From: Eledone cirrhosa
Taxonomy: Eukaryota
DNA length: 64,000 nt
Direction of reading: 5' to 3'
Assembly (NCBI GenBank): GCA_964016885.1
Contig: OZ024750.1
Coordinates: 20,708,001 to 20,772,000 of the forward strand
Under the pieces are notes generated by a model. The model saw only the letters and a list, made by a program, of their open reading frames with translations, did no database searches and was not told where the DNA came from. Each line of letters opens with the position of its first letter. Within the stretch, counting starts at the first letter, position 1. Below, piece by piece: positions 27,030 through 43,902 of this stretch. Made by a program: the position numbers and the translations under genes.

Positions 27030-27527
27030 ATATTCTACGAATCATTCCCCTGTTCGCCTGTCTTGCTAACACTCACGTAAGTTCTGTGAAATCGTAGACG
27101 AGAGCGCACCCTTGGTCAGGCAGGTCGCTTTTTTTCTCTCGCTCGTCTACGATTTCACAGAACTTACGTTCACCGAATTCACAGACTAGATCCCTTCTTC
27201 CTCCCGTTAGACCTGTACGGAATTCTTTCCTTGCTCACATTCCAACCAGGTTTGATGGTCTTTATTCTCTTTCGTTCACGATTTCACCGAACTTATATTC
27301 ATGGAAATTTGGGACTTGACTCCTTCTTCCTTACTTTTCGTTGCTTCGCTCTCGTGTCCCCTTTATTTACGTATCCCAATGACTTTTTTTAGCTGTTGCT
27401 CGCACCAACCGGAGGTATATGGTCTTTAAAGCGATGAAATACCAATGATGGTTGGAAGATCACTGATGAAGGACTAACTTTATTCATATGTAACCCATTA
27501 GCAACCACGCAGCACGTTTATTCTCAT
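27030..27527 (+). mobile_element. Second copy of the 21562-22214 repeat family
   Basis: Shared CTCGCTCGTCTAC.ATTTCACAGAACTTA...GTTGCTCGCACCAAC..GAGGTATATGGTCTTTAAAGCGATGAAATACCAATGATGGTTGGAAGATCACTGATGAAGGACTAAC. Confidence 0.75.
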
Positions 27528-27628
27528 ATATATATATATATATACTAATATATATACCAATATATATATATATAATATATATATATATATACTATATATA
27601 TATATATACTAATATATATACTAATATA

Positions 27629-27730
<102 letters not shown>

Positions 27731-27799
27731 TAAGTAAGAGATAGTAAATGGAGATATGGATAGATATGTTTGTTTGTTTTTATATCGATATATGTAACA

Positions 27800-28350
27800 A
27801 GTGGTAGGAGAAAGCTACATACGTTGAAGGGCGATTTTAGACACTTATTAGCAGCAATATATATATGATGGACACTCCCGTCGATTTCGATGTATGTTGA
27901 GTTTGAATGTTTATGTAGGGTATGACATGTTTCTCCGGCCAAGATTGGGCAATCTGATCGTCCAAGGATCAGGATTACCGAACAATGTTGTTGATATGTT
28001 TGATGATGCTTTTCTGCCCCTCTTGACTCTTGTAACATATACAATAGGGATCAAAATTCCTGAGTGCATTATGACACACTGTTATCCAATTCTTCCGTTT
28101 GAAGTCCACTTACTCAATTGTCTGATAAGGTATATTGGTTGCTGAAAGATACCACTTCAGTTTGTCTTTGTACATGAACCACGACAGGCCAGCATTTCTA
28201 TATCCACCATATCCAATAATAAGTTGGCTTTACGGGAGGGTGATTGGTGTTTTTTGTCACCCATTCTGCTGACATGACCAGACCAGCTTAGATGGGATTT
28301 TATAAGAAAGGACTCAGGGCTTCCAATTTTTCACTTAGTGAAAAGCTCAG
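27800..28350 (-). pseudogene. Possible DNA-transposase remnant (hAT-like)
   Basis: ORF 27592-28044 contains YIEIDGSVHHIYIAANKCLKSPF, recalling the DIDGD.CHH.HNA.K.F..PF motif of invertebrate hAT-like transposases. From recall, not searched. Confidence 0.35.
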
Positions 28351-28411
28351 CGCTAGATATATATATATATAACAAAATTTACACCCTATTGAATACGGGT
28401 CTCACCCTGTC

Positions 28412-28930
<519 letters not shown>

Positions 28931-29308
28931 TGATTAGACGTTAGCAAACGCTCTATCATGTTATAAAAGGAAAATTATGATAAGAATAATGTCCGAAAAG
29001 CTCAATATAAAAAGATTTGTATAACATGTGTGAGAAATTGAAGCTATAAAACATGCATTCTCAGTGTTGGATCTACAAAAGATTTGTTATTAGGATAATT
29101 TTATTTTTAAACCGCTGCATGGTGATTCTCGACCACATTTTGCTAGCATCAATTTAATATACATATTTAAAAGAACCTTTATATATATCTCCGTGGCCTA
29201 ATGGTAGGTGTTCGAGACGGTGGAGAACCTGCTCTGGGTTTCGATCTCAGTCAAAGTCTATAGATAATAATTTCATTTTTTACTTTGCTAGAGAAAAATT
29301 TAAATTTA

Positions 29309-29339
<31 letters not shown>

Positions 29340-29611
29340 CATTAGATAGATAGATATATAGATATCGACAGTCGATCAATTTCGTCAAATCGGACAGAGG
29401 AAACAATGATTCTCCAGGTAGAAGGAGCAACTGAAATAAAGGGTCTTGCCCAAAGACATAACGCATAGTATATATATTCTGTGTACATCCCAACACAAGA
29501 GCAAGAATGAGGGGCTCATTCTACTGACATGGCTTTAAAAATGAGGCCTCTTTGCACAATTTCAAACGAATCGAATATAATTATTAATATTCGAAAAACT
29601 CAGATTACATT

Positions 29612-29670
<59 letters not shown>

Positions 29671-29711
29671 CTAAACATAAGTCAATTGCATGAACTCATA
29701 ATCCTTTATTT

Positions 29712-29767
29712 ACTGCTATATATATTTCGATGATAGCCATTGAATGGCTATGACCTCATCAGGCAGT
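29712..29767 (-). ncRNA. Type I minimal hammerhead ribozyme, family C (element ~29667-29830)
   Basis: Minus strand ACTGC-CTGATGA-GGTCATAGCCA ttcaa TGGCTATCATC-GAAA-TATATA-TA-GCAGT then AATAAA. Intact core; homologous to 304-358. Confidence 0.85.
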
Positions 29768-29830
29768 TAATCAGTTCTTAGATATGCCAGCTCTGTGTTT
29801 ATAGTGTTGATGGTATCAGAGTCTTGGGAC

Positions 29831-29897
<67 letters not shown>

Positions 29898-29901
29898 CGT
29901 A

Positions 29902-29948
<47 letters not shown>

Positions 29949-29951
29949 GTA

Positions 29952-30024
<73 letters not shown>

Positions 30025-30027
30025 GTA

Positions 30028-30078
<51 letters not shown>

Positions 30079-30090
30079 GTATATATGTAG

Positions 30091-30148
<58 letters not shown>

Positions 30149-31637
30149 TCGGAATACAGTTTTTGTTCTCTACTGAAGGCATTCACCAATATTCATCATA
30201 ATTTAGCAGGGATTCAACATTTTTCTTCCTAAATATTTTGAACATTTAGAATTTTCTGGAATAAAGTTGTACCAATTTATAAATTTATCGGATCAAAAGT
30301 ATCCTATATGGTTATTAAATCATGCGCTAATCTAATCTGAACAAAATGCCCATTTTCAATTAAAACCTAATTATTATATTTTGGATGAATTTTGATAGGG
30401 TTAAACAGATAGAAACAACTTCATGTAGTTTTGTAGTTGTTGCTATTAGATTGTAGAATATTCTAGATCTCATAGTTCAATCATTACTGAAGACTGACCT
30501 ATTTCTAACCAGCATTCTGTACTTTTGAAGATACAATCTAAATTATGCTTTATATCGAGCACGTTTCATATTTGTCTTATTAATTAATACAATATAAGAT
30601 TAACAAATGACTACTTTGTGATTCAAATATTCTATTTAAATAGCTACACTTGAGACTTGCTCCTCAACGTTGACATGCTTATCAACGTCAATGTTTTTAT
30701 TAAGACGGACTGTGAAGTGTAAGCATCATTATAACACTGGGCGAAATATCATGAGATAATTCTAAACTAACAGTGTTTACCCAACTTCCATCTGCCCATG
30801 GTTGATTAAAATACTATTTTAAATGAAACGATTAACATTTTGAAAATAAGCCTTGTAATTATTCCGTTTATGTATGTTCTGAGTTCAGAATAGTCTAAAC
30901 TGCTCCAACGTTGTGCGATCTCTTGTTCACGATATAGAATAACCAAAGCATAAAACAGATTAAGCCTCGGCGTATTCAATACTTTCAACAATAGAAAACA
31001 ATCCACGGGAATCATAAGTAAGATTATATTTGCCCGTAAAATATGTACTACGATTGTTTGCTTAGTCGTTCTGACCATATCTATATAGTATCAAAGCTGT
31101 GATTAGTCGATTTAGAGAAGTATTGACTTTACTTTCAGCAAATCCTTGACCTCTGAGCTAAGAACTGAATCGAGTACAATACTTCAGACACCCTTTAAAG
31201 AAACCCTAATCTCGGCCACATATATTTTGTGAGGGTATTATGTCTGTCATTGCGCAAGATACGTGACTATAGGTAATGGTTACAAACAAATACCGAATTA
31301 AAGATAGCGTGTGTGGCTTTTACACCTACCTCCCTTCACCTGGTCAATGAATGCGGAAATTGGCATATTACTGCATGAAATTAGAGTAATCAGCCGATGT
31401 ACAATTTAGAGAATAATCTATGTTGTCAAGTGTATGTATGTGACAGAGAAGAGGAATACGCAATATTGACAAAAGGCAATAAATCAAGAACAATATTATT
31501 GTCGATTGTTTCTCTATGTCACCGCTACAACAAAAGGATGACGTGGTCGTCTAAAACACATAGAGTAATAAAGCCGTTTGCTTGCAAAAGAATCGAATAA
31601 TAATATTATTCGATATAACACTCACGAATGCATATAC

Positions 31638-31837
<200 letters not shown>

Positions 31838-32137
31838 GAATTATTTTTGAAGCTGTAGCTGCAATATTTAGAACAACCAAAAATAAACAAAGAGATACGG
31901 TGATCCTATCAATTAATTCTTAATCTTCAATGATTTTTTTATGTGTGTTATGTGTGTGTGTGTTATGTTGTCAATCTTCACTTATGTGCACTCAAGCACA
32001 TGAATATGTTGTGTTTCGATTGTTTTCATTCCTTTCGTTATATGTTTGATAAATAAACATTCTGAAAGCCCAGCTATGAAAAGAAAGGCTGATTGCCTGC
32101 GCTTTCTAACGAATTCCAGCAGAAGCAGCAGAGGATA

Positions 32138-32178
32138 ATTGTGTGTGCATTTCGATCTCAGGCACTCATCAGGACAAT
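32138..32178 (-). ncRNA. Degenerate minimal hammerhead
   Basis: Minus strand ATTGTC-CTGATGA-gtgcctgagatc-GAAA-TGCA(palindrome)-CA-CACAAT. The cleavage-site U is mutated to C and stem II is poor. Confidence 0.45.
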
Positions 32179-32192
32179 ATTTCCTTCTATCG

Positions 32193-32239
<47 letters not shown>

Positions 32240-32240
<1 letters not shown>

Positions 32241-32590
32241 GTCTAATGGAGAGAGAGGTGCTGTACCTCAGCAACTTTTATGAAAGGTGGGTGAAAGTGG
32301 CGAGAATGGCCCGAGTGAATGGGCCTTCTCTCTATATCAGCCTGTAGGTTGAGGAAAAGGATGAGGAGAGGAAAGGAGTACAAGCTCTTCGTACTCCTGG
32401 AGATGAGGGTTGCACATTTTTTTTCGGGGGTATGTGTTACCCATATAAACTGTCTCCCTCTATTGGGGAAAATCGACTAACTTTTAAATTCCATCTGTGA
32501 TAACATTTTACACGTTTTTATTGTATGTAAACTTCCCCCTTTGTATTTGTCCCCTTCTTTTGTGCCCCTGTGGCTAATAAAGAAATATAT
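32240..32590 (+). mobile_element. LINE 3' end (ORF C-terminus plus UTR; possibly L1/Tx1-like)
   Basis: Coding-like EREVLYLSNFYERWVKVARMARVNGPSL followed by a UTR ending AATAAAGAAATATATCTAT; 3' end shared with 20258-20511. Confidence 0.45.
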
Positions 32591-32745
32591 CTATATGTGC
32601 TAATTTACGTGTGTTGTATTGAAGTGAATAACTATGAGTCTACTCTGGGATTTTACACAACATTATCTATTGAATACGCTGAGATGCAACCGGGAATAGC
32701 AGTGAAAACCATGCTTGTCTCGTCAACTTATTATATATATATTTA

Positions 32746-32877
32746 ATAGGAAAAGAGTCAGGACTTCGACGGCTGAGCCCCGGCCGTTTCGACAGCTAGA
32801 TCCGAAGAGTACCCTAAGTATCGAGTACTCTGATGTGTTATGGTCCACCTGGTTTCTTTCCACACATCCTTTGTTAT
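32746..32877 (+). mobile_element. Family B element with inversion plus deletion
   Basis: Inverted arm ATAGGAAAAG...CGACGGCTGAGC..CGGCCGTTTCGAC joined directly to the tail TACCCTAAGTATCGAGTACT...CTTTGTTAT. Confidence 0.75.
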
Positions 32878-35800
32878 ATATATATACATATATATATATA
32901 CTGTTTAAATTTTCTGATTTTTGATTTACAGGTGCCAATAGGAAAACATGTAAGTTAACGTATGTGTACTTTTGTATATGGCATTTATGCGTCTGTGTCT
33001 CTAGATTGTGCGGCTGGTTGTTCAGTTTAGTTTAGTTAATTCTTACTTCATCAGCTTCTTTCTAGTATTAACGTAGTGGTGGTATGGCAGGAATTGGTGC
33101 TGGTATTCATGATACTAGTGTTATGGCTCCGCTCTTTATATTTATAGAGTGACTTTGGACGTACGAAATTAGTATCTTGGATGAGTATCGCATACAAAAG
33201 GACAGGGGCTATTAGTTAAAGTGGAGTCAATGATTACTTCAAAGCATGCCGATATTTGAGAAATGTTTGTATGTTTGCGTGCGCATGTGCATGCGTGTTT
33301 AACGGTGTAAAAGAGTTTTGTAGGACGTTGGATGGTAAGGAGATGATGAAAAGGATTAGAAAATGAATGAAAAGATAAGAAGAGGAAAGATTTATGTTAA
33401 GTGTTAATTTTAGCCACTTTTATATGAAATCTTTGAAAAGTAAGATATGGATTGAACTTTAAAGAAAAAGAGAAAAGAGATGTCGTTTGTTTAATAAAGA
33501 AATGGGTACGGAAATATAATGGAATCTATTCATGAATATTCCTCGGTCCCGGATCTGCTGTTTTCCACCGTAAAAAAAACGAGAAAGACAAAATAATCGT
33601 TTGAGGAAGATGTGCCGTGCACAGGGGTTGTTGTTCAAACATTCACTGCTGCAACGCATTCGCCGTTGCCCATACTGCTCAGCCTGGAGTGTAGAGTCTT
33701 TCGATCCCTCCCATACCTAATGCTTTCGTTGCTTAATTTATTTTTTTTTGTTTTCCTTTTCTTTGTTTTTCGTTTCCTCATTGCCATTCATAATCCACAG
33801 ATTTTATCAAATTTTCTCTTTAGTTTAATAACATTTATATTTAAACTTTACATAAGATGATATGTGTGCGATATATGAAATAAGTATAATCAATCCCATC
33901 TAGTTCAAGCTGGACGTATTATATTATATTTTAGATATACAATGCTTCTAAAAAAATCTGATCTTTGAATTAAAATACACAAATCACTGTGCAACTGAAG
34001 AAAAAAAAATGATGTGTGTTTCTAAGCTTTTTTTAAGGGCGGAAAGTGATTGTGTAAGTATGTACACCAAGCTACCAAAAATATTAAAAGTATAAACCAT
34101 TAAAAAGAAACAGTAAATGATAATCGAATCAAATTGCAGGAAAACATAAATGAGAGTAGGAGAAAATGGTGAAAGATATATCGTCTAAACTGAAGTATAG
34201 AGTGGTTGTAGTCGCTTGTGTTGTCACATTATACGATAAGGAAATTATAATCCATTGTGTTTAAAAAATAGAGATTAATATAATAATATATTTAAATATT
34301 TTAAAAGGGAGAAAAAGTTATAGATACGATTTCAGATTTAAGAAGCGAATAGGTTGAATTGTTTTAAATTAGATTACATTAGTGTAAACAAAGTAAATTA
34401 AATTAAATTACATTACTTTATACCTTCAATTTTAAAGACAAAATACAGATCTATGTTAAGGTAAGGGTGAAGTTGGGGCTAACGAAAATTTAAGTGATTA
34501 AAGTAAATAATAAAGGTAAATATTTAAGGTAAAGTCACATAAAAAGGGTTGTTAAATTAAAGGAGAAAGGATTAAATCAATTGAATTATATGTAATAAAA
34601 TAATCTCAAATTAATTTAATAAAAATAAATTGAATTAAATTGAAAAATAACATTAAATAGAAAAGAATAATAAAATATATACAAAGTAATTCAAGTAAAC
34701 TAGAATGGATTTAATTAAATTGCATAAAAGATATATGCCAAGCTGTGGGTGAAGTGGGGAATTAAATTTAAATGATTAAACAATCGAATGGGAGTAAATA
34801 TTTAAGTTAGTGACAGAAGATGACGATATTGAGATTTTAAGAGGAGGGACTAAACGTCCAATCTAGTAGATATATGACCATATGGTATGAAATTGTACAT
34901 TGGCAGTAATTGAGGAAAAGGTGTACGAATAATTAAAAGATACACACTGTAAAATCTAAGAAAAGTAGGTATAATATTGTCCAACAAAGCTTTGGAAGCC
35001 ACATTGGAAAATTTTAATACATAAAATGGTTAACGACGAGGTGTTGGTTTTGTATTAGAGGTAGGCTTTGAGGATTTACTTTTACAAGAAGAGATTTTGT
35101 ATATTAAGAATATTGTGTTTAGAAAACAGGATAACCAAACGTTCCAGCGTGCATAAATTGCAAGGTTTTTAACATATGCACCATTAAAAATTCGAGCTAT
35201 ATACTCGCTGGCCACAGAGTAATATTAAATATTTGTTTTCCAATAATATTCATACTACATATATATTCATGCTATATACAAATTAATCTCATACATACAT
35301 ATATAGATACATTACACACACACACAAACTGAGAGAAAGGGAGAATCTGATATATACATATAAACACATATACATACATGTATATATTTTATCTTATTTT
35401 TAGCCATTAACTAGATGCACTAGTTCAATATTTCAACTGCGGCTATACTGTAGCGTAGACTTCAAGGGGTTTTAGTCAATAAAATCGACACTCCGCACAA
35501 TCTATTCATTTTGTGGAGCGCACTTGATGAAACAGAAAAAAGACAAACGATTATTTTATTTCTGCAATATTCCTGTCAATATCAGTAGCTATAGTTCCCT
35601 CTAGGCCGTGCATTAATTGGAGATAGTCCTCCAGGGGTAGAAACAATTATTTCATCTTCTGGAATATGACGAACAAGTTGTATATACGAGGTGTCAAATG
35701 CCTCAGCTTCAAAAGCAACCAACTAACACACAACCAAACAAACCAAATATTCTTACTATTTATGTCAATTCATATCCATAAATGCATGCATATATATATA

Positions 35801-35898
35801 TATATATATATGGGTGTATGTGTGTAAATATGAATATGTATATGAATATGTATACGCAAACACATATATTCATATATACGCATCAATGATGTATATGT

Positions 35899-35990
<92 letters not shown>

Positions 35991-35995
35991 GGATG

Positions 35996-36096
<101 letters not shown>

Positions 36097-36114
36097 ATAT
36101 ATATATATATATAT

Positions 36115-36434
<320 letters not shown>

Positions 36435-36679
36435 TTGTGTGTATGTATATATGTATATATATATATATATAATGTATATATATATAGGCGTTTTAACGTC
36501 CAGTTACTCTAGATTCACAATAGTGAGCACTTGATGCGTATTTTTCATTAAGTATAGACGTTTAATAATAATAATATAAAGGAAGATTTGTTATGTCCTC
36601 ATTGCGTTTATTTAGTAGTGACACGCGTTTCCCTATTGATCAGCTCAAGGTTCCATCTGTATCGATCTGGCCTGACTCT

Positions 36680-36800
36680 GGAATCAAAAGCTCGTCGGTG
36701 ACAGGTGCAAAGAGGGAATGGCCGGACAATCCCCGGTATTTGCTTGTCTTCCTTTCCTCTTCATCAAATTGCACTTCAAACATCTGAGCCATTTTTTTCG
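36680..36800 (-). mobile_element. CRE-like non-LTR retrotransposon endonuclease fragment
   Basis: ORF 36640-36825 EERKTSKYRGLSGHSLFAPV matches the restriction-like endonuclease pattern E..K..KY..L......F.P. Confidence 0.5.
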
Positions 36801-37414
36801 GCATAAAACTGCAAGAAATTCCCAATATCAGTTAAATGCGAGTATCAAGTCGGCACAGCCAAACATCTCTGAATCTCTCTCATCTTTAGAAATTCATGAA
36901 CCTTATCAAACCGGTAAAGTTACAATTAATTGTCAACATTCGTATAGACTCCAATTGCATTTTCAGCGAATACTCCCTGGATATTTGCCTTGTGTGTGAT
37001 ATATTAGAAAACAAAATTCCTTTCGAATTTATGTATAAATATGCACATACATATTCAATTATAATGTGTTTCTTAGGTAACCTGATATGACCCATGTATA
37101 ACAATCTTCCCTCTTACCGATGATGAAAAAGGGAAAGTCAAAGTCCGACAAAGCTTAACACAGATGATGTAGCAACTCAACTTTTACGGATGAATATACT
37201 GGAGCAAAATGGAATAAATTTCACCACATTGACAGGAATTGAACACGTAATTTCATGATCGTGACCCCAAAACACCTACGATTAAGCCATGCTAGCAATA
37301 TTTGTCTCTCCGTACGGTGAACTAACTGTTGTGGAACTATTTCTACTAAACTCGTCCCATGGACTGAGTAGTCTACTACTACGGATATAATCCTCCAGTG
37401 TTCTACTATCGCAT

Positions 37415-37552
37415 TGAGTTACGGCCCTTGCCATTCTCAGTTCAAATCCCGCAAGGGTTAACTTTGCCTTTCATCATTACGGGGTCGATCAAATAAAGTA
37501 CCGGTAATACACTGGGTAATTGCTGGCCTTCTGCCAAAAATAGAAACAATTA
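37415..37552 (+). mobile_element. SINE copy, 5'-truncated
   Basis: gagttacggcccttg...gttcaaatcccgc...ttgcctttcatcattacggggtcgat...agaaacaattat. Confidence 0.85.
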
Positions 37553-37581
37553 TATATATATATATAAATACATAAATACAT

Positions 37582-37740
37582 AAACGGAGAAAGTTATTAG
37601 CGATACTCCGGCTAAATTCCAACTCACTCAACAAGCATTAGGAAATACCTGAGTATATTCCCAATTAAACGTTTGGGGTCCCAATTACCCACACAAAAAT
37701 GTATTGTGTGGGTAATTGGCTGTTTTATTTCATATGACAT
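37582..37740. repeat. Interspersed repeat (copy of 1144-1292) with a 16 bp perfect hairpin
   Basis: CCAATTACCCACACAA aaatgta TTGTGTGGGTAATTGG at 37681-37719. Confidence 0.75.
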
Positions 37741-38077
37741 ATATCAAATATCTCATTTTCCAGACGAATCGTTTCATTATAAGATTTCTACAAGGTGGGT
37801 GAAATTATACCAAGTTATGTAGAAGCTTGTGTAAGATCAATAGATTCTTATTCAACTGGGCTCTTATACATCTTCAGTGGGTACGCAATAACATTAATAT
37901 TGATAACCAAATCAACATCAATATCTAGCGATAATCACTATCAGTGCTAGAGGGAACTGTTAGGTTGTGAGTCCAGCAGTTCTAAAGAAAGTCTCACACA
38001 GCCACGAAGATGGGGGGAAGGAGGTTACCGCCAAAAATAATACATGCTCAGGTCGTTGAACTCTGACAGTAATTCAA

Positions 38078-38881
<804 letters not shown>

Positions 38882-39017
38882 CACGCACACTAAGATGAAG
38901 TACTGTTATCGTTTACATAGTTGTCTTAAATGTGTTCGTAATGATGTTTGATTACTGAAACACGTAACCACCAATATGCTCACATATAGAGAATTATTTA
39001 TCCACATGAACATGTAT

Positions 39018-39051
<34 letters not shown>

Positions 39052-39124
39052 GTACATACATACATAGTTTTGTGTGTGTGAGGGATTCTAATGCACCTCC
39101 TGTAAAACTCTCTTAGATATTGAA

Positions 39125-40283
<1,159 letters not shown>

Positions 40284-40511
40284 CTAGTTATGTATACATT
40301 TGTGTGTGTGTGTGTGTGTGTATGTGTAGTTATGTATACATTTGTGTGTGTGTGTTTGGTTACGTTATATATCGTCGTTCTTTCACCCAAATATTTATCC
40401 CACCTTTCACTATATCTCTCTAAACCACATCACTACCCTCCTTTCCTTCCCCTCTCAGCCAGTATTCCCTTCACATGCAATGTTTTTACCTCTCAGGTAT
40501 ACTTTCCCATT

Positions 40512-40628
<117 letters not shown>

Positions 40629-41202
40629 TTCGTTTTATTTATATTTTCCTTCATATCGTTCACGGTCTTTGATTTCGTTCAGTAAGCGACTTGATAAATA
40701 GGCGGTGGCAATTCTTTTCCGCATTATTTGCTCTATTGTTAATGTACTAAGCAGATCAATTACAAATATCATGCATATCGTCAATAGCAGCAGTGACATT
40801 GGCAGTAGTAACAGTAGTACTACAACAACAAAAACAACAACAGCAACAGCAACACAGCAGCACTACAGCAAAACAGCAGCATTCATATAGAAACTGAGTG
40901 GTGATTTTTGGAAATTTGCAACACACATTCTCACGAATGCCATGAGAAGCAGCATCAATACTATGAGTAGTAGAAGTAGTTATATACCAGCATTCCCATC
41001 TAATCTTCTTAGCTCTATACGTTAAAACAAACGTAAGGTCTATATGTAATCGTATATTATTTTATTATATCATTTATTTTCTTGTTTCCGTCATTCTAGT
41101 ATGCCTATGGAAAAGCGACATGCATGTATTTGAACATACATACATATATAAATATAGATAAACACAAACATACAGCACAAACACGCACACACACACATAC
41201 AA

Positions 41203-41305
<103 letters not shown>

Positions 41306-41448
41306 ACTATGTATATATAGAGAGAGAGAGACAGAGATGGATATAGGCATATATACATACATATGCACGCAGGCGTACACATAGGCATATATATATGTAT
41401 GTGTGTGTATGCATATATAAATATATATATATCTCTGTGTGTGTGTGT

Positions 41449-41449
41449 T

Positions 41450-41486
<37 letters not shown>

Positions 41487-41496
41487 CGTAGTAGTC

Positions 41497-41562
<66 letters not shown>
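41449..41562. repeat. (TAG)n microsatellite
   Basis: Direct reading. Confidence 0.95.
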
Positions 41563-43859
41563 AGAAATAATCGCCAGATCTTCACAGCACAGAGACTTTA
41601 AAGGTGCCTTTTAACCGCTTGGTTATCGGAGAATTGCTGTTCATTTAAACTTTGTGGAGATCATGTTTTGTATTGTTGTTGTCCTCAACTCTATCCAGCT
41701 CGAATGGCTCTGCTATTATCTTCATCTCTTTGCTCCGATTCTACGTAGAGATTGAATGCTGTTTCCTTAGATATTAGACAGATTTGCCTTAAAATACTCC
41801 GGTTCCACTCTCTGTTGTGAAATATTTGACCCAGAACCGGCTTTGCTCAAGATGTTGGCTAGACTGCTATGATACTTGGGTGTTGAAGACGAATGTTTCT
41901 GTTCTACTTTCCAATTACTCGGAATGGAGTGTTCTGTCCTCCATCAAGCCACACTTCCTGATGATTTTTGGTAGGACTTTAATACATTCTCAAGTGTCTG
42001 CTCCATCCGGAAGAATCCAATCCCCATACATACAACTCTGTAGGTGATAGCTGTTCAAGTCCACGATTTTCTGCCTCCTGTCGTGTAGAATGTTGATGGA
42101 CATTTCATATGGCAGTAGTTATCAGATGTTCGACTTCATTAAATACTTGCTTGAACTTCCAGGTGTATCTAATATTGGCTAGCACTAATCTGACAAAGTT
42201 CAGAACATATTGCCCTATCTGTCTACCATGATAGGAAATGTACGGTTAAAACTTCACTAGTTTCTTATTCAATGGCAGGTAATTCCAGACAGATCCGCGG
42301 ATAAAGCTGATCCTAAAAGGCGACATATGCCACAATTCCTACCTGTTGAGACTCCTCTGGAGTGCACCTTCCAACGTTGTCCATTACCTCTAATGGCTTA
42401 GTTTCTTTTTCAACTCCTAAAATATCGGATATTTTCTCAACTTTCATCTGGACACTGATAAGCCTTCCATTTTTGTTGCACCCAATCCCAGCTTATTATC
42501 CTGTGTATGTCCCATTATGTCTCTGACCCAAAGGTATTTCTTTGAGGCATTCAACGTCATTTGATTTTAGTTAGGACCGAATCAACGTTACAAACATGTC
42601 TTTGTGAGTTACCATTCCCTGTCTCCAATTGTCTAGTGCTGATGTACTATATCAGCAGAGGCCAGAGAAGCTTAGAGATCAACATGCAGATATCAAATAC
42701 TTTATATACCAGAGAGGTTACATAGCTGTAATATCTACAGCTATTTTAGCTCAAATTGCCTTGTTTCAGTTCCCCTGCCACTCTGCTTGCTCGTCTACAG
42801 TGAATATTAATGTTCCAACTATAATATGGAATCTTCACTTTTTTATGGCAAAACATACACTATTTCGAGTGGGGCCAGGTTTAATAGTAATTATTCTTTT
42901 AATTGATCTGTAATACCTTTTCCTTTCGTGGACAATATGTTTAACACTCTAGTGGGTTTTCTATCCCATATATTTAAACACAAACCTCTATGGGAACTTC
43001 TCTCTATATACTGATATATATATAGAGCCCGGAATCTATACCTTGAGCTCATTAAATTATAGGGGATTAACGTGAGTTTTTGACTACGTATTTTAATTTG
43101 ATATATATACTATATATATGTATGTGTGTGTGAGAGAGTACGTATGCGTGTGTATGTGTATGTGTCTGTGTGTGTGTGGGGGGGGGTATTCGTATACGCC
43201 AGTGTAAGTGTGTGCTGAACGTACTCGCGGTACTGTGTGGTGTGTATGGCCTAGTTAAATTATATATTGTGCATACAATTAAGAATGAATTCTCCAACCA
43301 TACTGTTACCCTATACCGAGACGATTGCCTCTCTTTATCACATAATTTTTATAATCATCCATAGCGGCCTTTATATCTACTTTTACATATATGGTTTTAG
43401 TTTTGGTAAAGGTATGACTGAACCTTCTTCGGTTTCGACGATGAGTTTTCCAGTTGTTCGATCAAATAAACAGCCTGGCCGTGAAATTAACAAGTAAGTG
43501 CCTGAATATGCAGGAAAGCATATATATATTACCGTTAAAAAAATAATAATGATGCTGATGTAGATAAGCAGAGGATGATATTTATGTGTTGAAGACGGTG
43601 ATGATGAAGTGGAGGAGAACGATGGCAACGATCATCAAGATCATGATAATATTAATAATCTCAACAACAATTACAACAAAAAAATATATATTAATAATAG
43701 TTGCGATAACGATAATAAATGTAAAACTGATAGCTATGTTTTGATTTGCAATAGACACAACTGAATTATTAATATTTTCAAATGGCAGTTGACACGACAA
43801 ATTCAAGAAAGGGTGGTGTGGGTGGCGATGCACATATATTGTTTATCTCTCTCTCTCGC

Positions 43860-43902
<43 letters not shown>

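Noticed and set aside
33900-35200. Purine-skewed AT-rich tract with RRGVGFVL...YAP (APE-like); similar skewed tract at 57420-58210 with WTAPG
   Set aside because: Possibly ancient LINE remnants, but too many stops and too little motif to support a call without a search.
41590-42620. Balanced-composition stretch resembling a decayed LINE on the minus strand
   Set aside because: No diagnostic RT or endonuclease motif could be read with confidence.
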